From Candidatus Krumholzibacteriia bacterium (GTDB lineage: Bacteria > Krumholzibacteriota > Krumholzibacteriia > JAJRXK01): 64,000 bases of DNA. The stretch spans positions 107,648 to 171,647 of the forward strand of contig JBGPIA010000005.1 in the NCBI GenBank assembly GCA_041484665.1, given 5' to 3'. The first letter of the stretch is position 1. Each line of letters opens with the position of its first letter. Below the pieces are notes generated by a model. The model was given only the letters and a program-made list of their open reading frames with translations, made no database searches and had not been told where the DNA came from. Made by a program: the position numbers and the translations under genes. Shown here piece by piece: positions 1 to 8,516 of the stretch.

Positions 1-1
1 T

Positions 2-415
2 CTGACGGCAGCCGATACGGCCGCGGTCAGCGACGTCCGCTTCCTGGCCAACCGCCCGGCGGCCGGTGGCAACGCGCTGCTGGTGCTCAACGCCGAGCTG
101 CGTTTCCCGTTTCCCGTACTCTCGCGCTGGGGGATCGGCCTGGCGCTGTTCGCCGACGGCGGCAACGTCTGGGAGGACTGGAAGCGGGTGCAACTGAAGG
201 AGTTTGCGCTGCGCAGCGCTCCGGAATCCACGGATCCCATCCTCGCGTTCCGCACCAGCGTCGGAGTCGGACTCCACTACAACACCCCGGTGGGGCCACT
301 GCGGCTGGAGTACGCCATTCCACTGCGCAGGGCACAACTCCAGCGCGAGCAGGGTGGGCCGCCCGAGGTCGACCCCCAGCACCTCTGGCACTTCAGCCTC
401 GGGTATGCGTTCTAG
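2..415 (+). CDS. BamA/TamA (Omp85) family outer membrane protein, C-terminal fragment (5' end outside window)
   Basis: Frame open from base 2: GGNALLVLNAELRFP, ALFADGGNVW, SVGVGLHYNTPVGPLRLEYA, terminal beta-signal HFSLGYAF; directly upstream of tamB. Confidence 0.9.
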   Translation: MTAADTAAVSDVRFLANRPAAGGNALLVLNAELRFPFPVLSRWGIGLALFADGGNVWEDWKRVQLKEFALRSAPESTDPILAFRTSVGVGLHYNTPVGPLRLEYAIPLRRAQLQREQGGPPEVDPQHLWHFSLGYAF

Positions 416-424
416 AGTATATCT

Positions 425-3400
425 ATGTGGGTGAAGACCACACGCATCACGCTGCTCGTGGCGTTGCTCGTGGCGACCGCCGTGTTGGCGTATCTGGCCG
501 CCAACCCGCACCTGTACGCCGGCCAGATCGGCAAGATGATCAGCCGCAATCTCCTGCAGGACTCGGGGCTCACCCTGTCCTTCCGCACCTTCGAGGGCAA
601 TCCGCTGCGGGACGTGCGCTTCCTGGACGTGACCCTGGTCGGCCGCGGCGGGAACCTCGGGTTTGCCTACGTGAGTTGCGACACCGTACAGGTCTCCTAC
701 GATCCGCGCGCGTTGCTCGCCGGCGAGATCCACGTCAGCCGGCTGGTGGCGTCCTCCCCGCGCCTGGTGCTGCGGCGTGACGCGGCCGCCGGTCATCAGC
801 CCGCCAACCACGAGACCAAACTCCTGGCGCTTCCCACGCTTTGGGACCGGCGCCTCCACGTCGAGCACCTGGAGCTGCGCAATGCCTCGGCCACGGTCAC
901 CTCGTCCTCGGGGCTCCCGCAGGAGCAGATCGCCCGCGTGCACGTCGTGGGCGGTGCCAGGCTGGAGGCCGGCACGCTGCGGGTCGACTTGGCGCGGCTG
1001 CAAGGCCGCTGGGGCTCACGGCACGTGGCGGTGCAGGAGGCGCGGGGCCGCGTGGAGTGGCGCCAAGACGGCATCCACATCGACGGCGCCCACGTGGTGC
1101 TCGACAGCACCGTCGCCGACGTCGACGGCGTGGTCGGGCAGGGCACTCTCGACCTGCGCGTCAAGGGGCAGCCCGTGGTCCTGACCGAGGCCTTCCGGCT
1201 GCTGTCGTTGGGCGCCGTCCCGCGCGCGCTGCTGCGTGGCGAGGCCCACATCATCAAGGCCGACAGCCACAGCGACAGCGTACGTATCCAGGCGTTGGCC
1301 GACGGGCAAATCGCCACCTACCCCTTCCAGCGCGTCCGCTTCAACGCCACCGTGCACGCAACCGGGATGGTCGTGCACCGCGCGCAAGGGACGTTCCTGG
1401 GTGCCGAGGTGGACGGCTCGGGAGACGTCGGCTTCAAGACCTCGGTGCTGTCGATCCGGACCCACATCCGGCAGGCCGACCTGGCCCAGCCGTGGACGGG
1501 CAAGGATCTGCACTGGCCCAGCAGCGATCTCGCGGGACGCCTGAGCCTGACAGTCCATCTGATCCCGCCGGTGGCCGTCGACCTGCGGGTCGACCACGCC
1601 GCCGGCAGCGTGATGCAGCTCCCCATCGACTCGCTGCAGGTCGCCTTGCACTTCGACGACCGGCACGGGCTGGACCTGCACCGGGCGCGCGCAGTCTGCC
1701 TGCAAACCGCGCTGGTGGCGGAGGGCACCGTGGACAGCGCCAACACGGTCGCCATCCTGGTACGCGCTCGCGCCGACGACCTCGGTCCCTGGCAGCGTCG
1801 CTACCACCTGCCCGTCTCCGGCACGGGGCTGGAGATCGCGGGCACCCTCGACGGACCGGCCGCGTCGCCCGGCCTGCACGTGGGCGCGTCGCTGCGCACG
1901 CTCGATGCGTTCGGCTTCTCGGCGTGGGGCGCCCAGGCCGTCGTGGAGCTCGCGCGCTTCGACTCCGCCGACACCCTGCGCGCCAATCTGGTCTCACCCC
2001 GGCTGCAGTACCGCGGCCGGCGCATGGGGTCGCTCGAGTTCGATGTCCGTCGCGCGGCGCCCCTGACCGAGATTCCCGAGCTGCGCCTGGCCATGGGCGA
2101 CACGACGCTGAGCGCATCCGGGCGGATCGCGCAGGGCCAGGACGGCCAGATCCAGGTCGCGCTGGCCGCGCTGCAATTCGGCCTGGGGAAGGAGCTGTGG
2201 AGCCTGTCGCGCCCAGCGACGGCAACGATCGCCGGATCGGCGATCCAGGTCGACGCTGTAGACGTCGTCTCGAGCACCGGACACGTGATGCTCAGCGGCG
2301 GCGTCGACGCGCAGGACCGCCTCTCGCTGCGTCTGGAGCTCGACGACGGGGAGCTCGCGCTACTGCCCCGGCTGGGCTTGGGACCGCACGACCTGCGGGG
2401 TACGATCACCGGTTTGGTGGAGCTGTCCGGCACCCGGGCGCAGCCGGGCTTCACCGCGCGCGTGGAGGTCAAGGACGCGACGGTCGCGCAGCGGCAGTTC
2501 GACCGCGTGCGAGCGGAACTCACGTCGGCGGGCTCGACCCTGACGGCCGACTCGCTGGCCGTCGAGAGCCAGCACGGGCAGCTGCGCGTAGACGGCACCG
2601 TGGAAATGGGCGCTACGACCTGGCTGCGTACGCTCGCCTTCGAGGGGAGCCGCTGGCGAGAGCTGCTCGCGCCCGCCCGCCTGGACCTCCACGTGGCGGC
2701 CGAGCAGATCAATCCGCTCTACTGGTCCCGCCCCGACCGGCCGGATACCAGCTTGGGCTGGCTCAGCACCGACTTGCGGGCCCAGGGCACGGCTCGATCG
2801 CCCCGCGTGCACGGCGAGGTGACGGTCATGAACCTGCACAGCGGGCTCCTGATCGTGCCCGCGGTCACGGGCCAGGTGGAGGCGGACAGCGCTGGCGTGC
2901 GCATCAACAGTGGGAACCTGCTTGCACCGCAAGAGTGGCTCAACTTCTCCGGTCGATTGCCCCTGCGCATCTCCGCCCTGGCCGCTCCCGTCTGGCGTCC
3001 GGAGGACGGCATCCAGCTCAGCGTGAGAACCGCCGAGAACGCTCCGCTCGATCCGCTCGTGAACATCTGGCCACACTTCACCCTGATCGGCGGCACCGGC
3101 AACCTGAGCTTCGACGCCAGCGGCGACCCGCGCGCGCCCACGCTCGAGGGCGAGCTGCATATCCGCAACGGCTCCGTCCAGCTGGAGCGCACGCTGGAGA
3201 AGCTGCGCGAGATCGAAATCGACGCCCACTTCAAGGACAACGTGCTGCGCATCGAGCGTGTAGCCGCCCGCGAGGGCTTGAAGGGCGAGCTGCACGCCCA
3301 AGGCGAGCTGCGCTTCAAGGGCCTGGTGCCCGACGACATTGCGCTGGACATCCAAGCCGACCGCTTCCAGTTCATCTCGGTCCCACGCTTGCTGGCGTTG

Positions 3401-4327
3401 CTGCGCAGCAACGACCTGAAGCTGCGCCTGGTTCGTCCAGTGCCGGGGAGCCCGCGCGCCCCCAAGATCACGGGGCGGGTCGAGGTGATCCAGGCCGAGT
3501 ACACCGGCGAGTTCACCGAGTCGGGCGGCCAGTCTGGCGGTGCCATCGTCGAGACCGACCTCCCGGACTGGCTGGCCGACCTCGACGTCACCACCGCCGG
3601 GCTGGTCGTCATCAACAATCGCGCCTTCGATGTGCGCGTCGAGGGCGACGTGAAGTTCACGCGCGACGAAGGCGGCCTCGGGCTGGCCGGTGTGGTCGAT
3701 GTCCCGTCCGGACGGGTGCCCATCTTCAACAACGACTTCACCATCACCAGCGGGCACCTGACCTTCAACAGCCTCGAGCGGCTCGTGCCGCAGGTCGACA
3801 TCACGGCGGTGACCAACTTGCCCGTCTATGGCGACCAGCGCGAGCTGGACCGCAGACTGGAGAAAGTGACCGTCCAGATGACCGGCAGTCTGGACGAGCC
3901 GAAGGTGAGCTTCTCCAGCGAGAGCGGCTACGACCGTGAGACGATCGTGCGGATGCTGGCCGGCTTCTCCAACGAGGCCGGGCCGCAGCGCACGGCCATC
4001 GCCGATGTGGCTCTCGCCGGCGCGCTCAACCAGCTAGAGCGCCGCCTGGCCAACGACATCGGTCTGATCGACACCTTCGACATCGACACCGAGGGGGGCA
4101 GGGTCCGGACCGCCGGATCCGGCCCCAGCATCGCGGTGGGCAAGTACATCTCGCCCAACTTCTACCTCAAGTACGGGCAGGGATTCTCCGTGAGCGAGCG
4201 CGACGTGTTCCTCGAGTACCAGATCAATCGCCACCTGCTGTTCACCACCGAGTTCAGCCGCCGCCTGCGGGAGACCACCGCGGAGACGCAGTACAACTTC
4301 AACGTGAACTACCGCGTCGAGTACTGA
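425..4327 (+). CDS. tamB: Translocation/assembly module TamB domain protein
   Basis: 1300 aa, N-terminal hydrophobic anchor, beta-rich repeats, C-terminal TamB-like segment (IAVGKYISPNFYLKYGQ, LEYQINRHL); follows an Omp85 gene. Confidence 0.85.
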   Translation: MWVKTTRITLLVALLVATAVLAYLAANPHLYAGQIGKMISRNLLQDSGLTLSFRTFEGNPLRDVRFLDVTLVGRGGNLGFAYVSCDTVQVSYDPRALLAGEIHVSRLVASSPRLVLRRDAAAGHQPANHETKLLALPTLWDRRLHVEHLELRNASATVTSSSGLPQEQIARVHVVGGARLEAGTLRVDLARLQGRWGSRHVAVQEARGRVEWRQDGIHIDGAHVVLDSTVADVDGVVGQGTLDLRVKGQPVVLTEAFRLLSLGAVPRALLRGEAHIIKADSHSDSVRIQALADGQIATYPFQRVRFNATVHATGMVVHRAQGTFLGAEVDGSGDVGFKTSVLSIRTHIRQADLAQPWTGKDLHWPSSDLAGRLSLTVHLIPPVAVDLRVDHAAGSVMQLPIDSLQVALHFDDRHGLDLHRARAVCLQTALVAEGTVDSANTVAILVRARADDLGPWQRRYHLPVSGTGLEIAGTLDGPAASPGLHVGASLRTLDAFGFSAWGAQAVVELARFDSADTLRANLVSPRLQYRGRRMGSLEFDVRRAAPLTEIPELRLAMGDTTLSASGRIAQGQDGQIQVALAALQFGLGKELWSLSRPATATIAGSAIQVDAVDVVSSTGHVMLSGGVDAQDRLSLRLELDDGELALLPRLGLGPHDLRGTITGLVELSGTRAQPGFTARVEVKDATVAQRQFDRVRAELTSAGSTLTADSLAVESQHGQLRVDGTVEMGATTWLRTLAFEGSRWRELLAPARLDLHVAAEQINPLYWSRPDRPDTSLGWLSTDLRAQGTARSPRVHGEVTVMNLHSGLLIVPAVTGQVEADSAGVRINSGNLLAPQEWLNFSGRLPLRISALAAPVWRPEDGIQLSVRTAENAPLDPLVNIWPHFTLIGGTGNLSFDASGDPRAPTLEGELHIRNGSVQLERTLEKLREIEIDAHFKDNVLRIERVAAREGLKGELHAQGELRFKGLVPDDIALDIQADRFQFISVPRLLALLRSNDLKLRLVRPVPGSPRAPKITGRVEVIQAEYTGEFTESGGQSGGAIVETDLPDWLADLDVTTAGLVVINNRAFDVRVEGDVKFTRDEGGLGLAGVVDVPSGRVPIFNNDFTITSGHLTFNSLERLVPQVDITAVTNLPVYGDQRELDRRLEKVTVQMTGSLDEPKVSFSSESGYDRETIVRMLAGFSNEAGPQRTAIADVALAGALNQLERRLANDIGLIDTFDIDTEGGRVRTAGSGPSIAVGKYISPNFYLKYGQGFSVSERDVFLEYQINRHLLFTTEFSRRLRETTAETQYNFNVNYRVEY

Positions 4328-4330
4328 GCG

Positions 4331-4841
4331 CGCCCCTCTCCGGCGCGAGCACCGCACCCAGCGTCCTGCGGCCCCCCGGCCCGCAGCGCAATCGCGCCAA
4401 GCCGCCTTCACTCCGCCGCCACCCGCCCGCAGCAGCACGCCGTTCACGGCCGCCGGCTCCGCCCAGTCTCTCCCGCGACGTCCTCGCCCCGCGGCGACTT
4501 GCTGGTAGCAGCACAACGCTGACGGCCCCTGGCTCCGCACGGTCTGCGAGCGACACTCCGCAGCCCGCCGGCCGATTCCTGGGTTGATCGCCGGCGGGCG
4601 AGGACCGTCGCGAGCGGACCGTGCGGAGTCAGGGGCCTGTGCACGACGTGCTGGAACGGGTCGTTGGCCACGGGGCTGCGGAGTGTCGCGGGAGAGACTG
4701 GGCGGAGCCAGCGGCCTGCGGTCGGCTTGCTCCGATGGGGCGCAGGCCGCCGAGCCGTGGAGGGCTTTGCGGGGATCAGCTGCGGGCCGGGGGGCCGCAG
4801 GACGCTGGGTGCGGGCGGGCGCGGGAGAGGCGGCGATTTTT
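4331..4841. repeat. ~510-bp long imperfect inverted repeat (rod-like hairpin; candidate structured ncRNA)
   Basis: 4352-4387 is the exact reverse complement of 4779-4814 (36 bp); 4448-4479 pairs with 4685-4716 (1 mismatch); 4524-4547 with 4614-4637 (2 G-U); 4563-4572 with 4590-4599; followed by TTTTT at 4837-4841. Confidence 0.9.
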
Positions 4842-4869
4842 GACGCGCACCACCGCACATGTGTACACT
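4840..4869 (+). promoter_or_regulatory. Putative sigma70 promoter TTGACG-N18-TACACT
   Basis: Near-consensus hexamers about 95 bp upstream of ATG 4963; same hexamer pair precedes iscS. Confidence 0.55.
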
Positions 4870-4962
4870 ATCAGTGGTGCGGTTGATTGGGCGAACCCTC
4901 CCCGGAGGGCTCCTGGGCAATCCTGCCGGCAACGGCGCGTCCCCCCCTGCGGAGACCTCACG

Positions 4963-7900
4963 ATGACCTCCCCGCGCTCCTCCCCGCGCTGGCGCTTCGC
5001 GGCGCTGGCAGTGGCGGCAGCTTCCCTGCTCGTCGCCGCCTCGCCACGGGCGCCATGGGCCCAGAGCTTCGGCCGCAACAAGGTGCAGTACCAGAACTTC
5101 GACTGGAGGGTGCTCAGCACCCCCCATTTCGAGATCTTCTTCTACGACGAGGCGGTGGCCGCGCACGCCGCGCTGATTGCCGAGGATGCCTACGTGCGCC
5201 TCAGCAAGGTCTTCCATCACCAACTGTCCAGTCAGATTCCTTTCATCCTCTACGCGTCGCCCAACGACTTCCAACAGACCAACATCAGCGACGAGCTGAT
5301 CGGCGAGGCGACCGGGGGATTCAGCGAGCCGGCCCGCAACCGCATGGTGCTGCCGTACCCCGGGGACAACCCCACCTTCCTGCACGTGATCAACCACGAG
5401 CTGGTGCACGTGTTCATGTTCGACATCGCCTACCACAGCACGGCCAAGGGCGCGGCACGCCGGGCCCTCTTCCCGATTCCGCTGTGGTTCGCCGAGGGTG
5501 CCGCCGAGTGGTTCTCCAGCGGCTGGGACAAGCAGGCGGACATGTGGATCCGGGACGCCACGGTGTACGACTGGCTGGCGCCCCTGCCGTATGTGGGGGG
5601 CGGGTTCCAGGTCTACAAGGAAGGCCAGGCGGCCATGCGCTACCTGGCAAAGACCTACGGCGACGAGAAGGTCGTGGAGCTGTTCAAGAACGTCGGCCGC
5701 ACGCGCGACCTGGGCAAGGCCCTGGAGACGACCATCGGCCTCGATGAGCAGGCCTACTCGGAGCGCTGGGTCAAGGCGATGAAGCAGGAGTACTGGCCGC
5801 TCTACGCCAACAAGCAGGAGCCCGAGACGGTCGGGCGCCGGCTCACCGACCACGAGAAGGAGCGGGCCTATTTCAACCAGCACCCGTGTCTCTCGCCGGA
5901 CGGGCGCTACGTCGCGTTCTTCAGCGATCGCAGTGGGCTGGTAGACCTGTTCCTCATGAACGCGGCCGATGGGACGCTGGTGCGCAAGCTGATCACCGGC
6001 TACAAGAGCAATCGCTTCCTGAGCCTGCACAGCTTCGAGAGCAGCATCGGCTTCTCCGGGTCCGGAGACCGCATCTGCTTCATCGCCAAGAGCGGCCCCC
6101 GCGAGACGCTCTACGTCGTCCGCGTCGACAATGGCAAGGTGGTCAAGAGCATTCCGCTGGGCATGGACATGGCGCGCAGCCCCGCGTGGTCGCCGGCCGC
6201 CGATCTGGTCGTTCTCAGCGGCACGCGCTCGGGCCGCACCGATCTCTACCTGATCGACCTCCACAGCGGCAAGATCGATCGGCTCACCGACGATGCGGCC
6301 GACGAGCTTTCGCCCGCCTGGTATCCCAGCGGCGATCGGGTCCTCTACAGCGCATACCCCGGCGCTACCGCAGACGTGCGCTTCTCCCGCGACGAGCACG
6401 GCATCACGCGGCTGGAGCCCGTGGACTTCGCCAGCGACAAGAACGTGGAGCGCGACGGTCACTCCTACGACCTCTGGTCGATCGACCTCCTCGCCCGCAA
6501 GCCGGAACTGGTGGTGGCTTCGGCCGGCGACGACACAGACCCCGTGGTCGTGGACGACAGCACGATCGTCTTCGTGAGCGATGCGAGCGGCGTCAGCAAC
6601 CTGTACTTCCACGACCTGAAGACCCGCAAGACGCACCGTTTCAGCGACGTGCTCGGCGGCTTGTTCCATCCCACGGTGAGCGCCTCGGCCGACCGACTGA
6701 TCTTCACGGCCTTCAATCAGGGGGGCTTCGACCTCTTCCTGATGGAGAACTTCCGCGCCTACGCCCAGGAGCACCCGTTCGCCGATCCGATCGATCCGAA
6801 GGTGCTGGCAATCGCGTCTGCTGCGGCGGCGCCGGACTCCTCGGATCGGGTGCTCGCGCTGCTCACGCCGCGCACGAGCGCACAGCTGCCCGTCACCGAC
6901 GAAGCGGGTCCGGCACAAGCCGGCCCGGCGTCCGGTGCGGGGCCCGGCCAGACGTCCGGCGCGACGATCGGTGCCCCGACGGGGAGCGCAGCGCCCACGG
7001 AGACAGGCAGCGCACCGACGGCGACGACGGACACCGCGCCACCAGCGGAGGCACAGACCGCGCCGCCTGCAGCCGCTGGCGTGCCGGCCGCTTTGCCCCC
7101 GGGAACGCCAGCCGCCTCCCCCACCGGCGGGGCGGCTCCTGCGGGCACGGCGACGCCGGCCCAGCCGGCGACGGGCGCGGCGACGACTGCCAAGACCGCG
7201 GAGCCGCCCGGCCCGTCCGCGGGCGCCTCACCGGACGCTGCAGGGAACGGGCCGGCGAGCGGCACGGAGGTGGGCGTGCCGGGCGGGCCGCCCGAGCTCG
7301 CGCCCGCTGGTGTCCTCCCGCCGCAGGAGAAGAGCACGCCGGTGCGCCGGCCCATCGGGTCCGTCGAGCGCTACTCGCCGCGCTTCTCCCTGGATCCCAT
7401 CGGTGGCGGAGGCTTCGGTGGGGTCTACTACAGCTCCAGTCTGGGGTTTGCGGTGGCCAACGTGATCAGCTTCAGCGATCTGCTGGGCAACCACCGCATG
7501 CAGTTCCTGGTGAACTTCTACGGCTCGTTCAAGGACAGCGATCTGGCGGCCAGCTACTATTACCTCAAGCGACGCGTCAACTACGGGTTGGGCGTGTTCC
7601 ACTACAGGAACTATATCAACAGCAACTTCACGAGCTTGGGCGAGGTGTTCGAGGGCCCGCGGCTGTTCAGCGAGCGCAACTACGGCATCTTCGGCCTGGC
7701 GAGCATGCCGTTCACCCAGTTCGACCGGGTCGACCTCGAGATGCAGTGGTACACCAGTGACCGGACCTTCTACGCCATCGACGACGCCGGATTCGCCATC
7801 AGCACCGGCAGCAGCACGGCGCAGCTGGTGCAGCCCTCGCTCTCGTTCGTCCACGATACGGCCTTCTACGGCCCGCACGGGCCCGTCACCGGGACACGCT

Positions 7901-8487
7901 GGCTGGTGAGCTTTTCGCCCGCGCTGCCGATCAGCGACAGTAGCGTCAAGCGCACGACCTCCTTCCTGGAGTACCGCCGCTACGTGCATGCCTGGTATCG
8001 CAACAGCTTCGCCTTCCGCCTGGTGGGGGCGACCAGCCGCGGCCCCGATCCGCGCCGCTTCACCGTCGGCGGGCCGTCCACGCTGCGCGGCTTCGACGTG
8101 TTCGACTTCGAGTCGACGGTGCCGGGCACCAAAACCCCGCGGTACGCCAACCTCCTCGGGCGCAACCTGATGCTGATGAACCTCGAGTACCGGTTCCCCC
8201 TGGTGGACTACCTGGTGTTCGGCTGGCCGGGGCGCTTCGGCTTCTCCGGGATCGGGGCCACGGTGTTCTTCGACAGCGGCAGCGCCTTCGACCAGGAGTT
8301 CAACCAGTTCCGGTTCTTCACCAGGGACGGCGGATCCACGCGGCTGGCCGACTTGAACGCCGACTTCGGCTTTGGTATAAGGGCCAACGTGGCGTGGATC
8401 CCCGTGCGGTTCGACTGGGGCTGGAAGACCGACTTCGCGTCGACCGGCAAGCCGCAATTCCACTTCTCGATCGGCCCCGAGTTCTAG
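4963..8487 (+). CDS. Secreted zinc-metalloprotease-like / PD40 beta-propeller / Omp85-barrel fusion protein
   Basis: ATG 4963 after GGAG; signal peptide then AQSFGRNKVQY; HELVH plus PLWFAEG (gluzincin-like); TolB-type repeats (LSPDGRYVAF, PAWSP, PAWYP); barrel motifs LRGF, NLEYRFP, FFDSGSA; ends HFSIGPEF. Confidence 0.8.
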   Translation: MTSPRSSPRWRFAALAVAAASLLVAASPRAPWAQSFGRNKVQYQNFDWRVLSTPHFEIFFYDEAVAAHAALIAEDAYVRLSKVFHHQLSSQIPFILYASPNDFQQTNISDELIGEATGGFSEPARNRMVLPYPGDNPTFLHVINHELVHVFMFDIAYHSTAKGAARRALFPIPLWFAEGAAEWFSSGWDKQADMWIRDATVYDWLAPLPYVGGGFQVYKEGQAAMRYLAKTYGDEKVVELFKNVGRTRDLGKALETTIGLDEQAYSERWVKAMKQEYWPLYANKQEPETVGRRLTDHEKERAYFNQHPCLSPDGRYVAFFSDRSGLVDLFLMNAADGTLVRKLITGYKSNRFLSLHSFESSIGFSGSGDRICFIAKSGPRETLYVVRVDNGKVVKSIPLGMDMARSPAWSPAADLVVLSGTRSGRTDLYLIDLHSGKIDRLTDDAADELSPAWYPSGDRVLYSAYPGATADVRFSRDEHGITRLEPVDFASDKNVERDGHSYDLWSIDLLARKPELVVASAGDDTDPVVVDDSTIVFVSDASGVSNLYFHDLKTRKTHRFSDVLGGLFHPTVSASADRLIFTAFNQGGFDLFLMENFRAYAQEHPFADPIDPKVLAIASAAAAPDSSDRVLALLTPRTSAQLPVTDEAGPAQAGPASGAGPGQTSGATIGAPTGSAAPTETGSAPTATTDTAPPAEAQTAPPAAAGVPAALPPGTPAASPTGGAAPAGTATPAQPATGAATTAKTAEPPGPSAGASPDAAGNGPASGTEVGVPGGPPELAPAGVLPPQEKSTPVRRPIGSVERYSPRFSLDPIGGGGFGGVYYSSSLGFAVANVISFSDLLGNHRMQFLVNFYGSFKDSDLAASYYYLKRRVNYGLGVFHYRNYINSNFTSLGEVFEGPRLFSERNYGIFGLASMPFTQFDRVDLEMQWYTSDRTFYAIDDAGFAISTGSSTAQLVQPSLSFVHDTAFYGPHGPVTGTRWLVSFSPALPISDSSVKRTTSFLEYRRYVHAWYRNSFAFRLVGATSRGPDPRRFTVGGPSTLRGFDVFDFESTVPGTKTPRYANLLGRNLMLMNLEYRFPLVDYLVFGWPGRFGFSGIGATVFFDSGSAFDQEFNQFRFFTRDGGSTRLADLNADFGFGIRANVAWIPVRFDWGWKTDFASTGKPQFHFSIGPEF

Positions 8488-8516
8488 ACCGCTCCCAAGG
8501 CCTCCGGCACCAGCGC

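Noticed and set aside
841-3939. Very long alternative-frame or antisense ORFs (e.g. 841-3939, 4444-6918, 11811-14606, 56071-59205)
   Set aside because: Arg/Ala/Gly/Pro-rich shadows of real genes, expected in high-GC DNA; no family motifs.
4430-4500. HDV-like (TCCTCGC, GTTCACG) or hammerhead ribozyme in the long hairpin
   Set aside because: Could not build the nested double pseudoknot by eye, and no CTGANGA plus GAAA core on either strand.
4331-4835. Long hairpin as a classical MITE, IS or retron msr-msd
   Set aside because: No target-site duplication, transposase or reverse transcriptase nearby; pairing runs through the whole element rather than only the termini.
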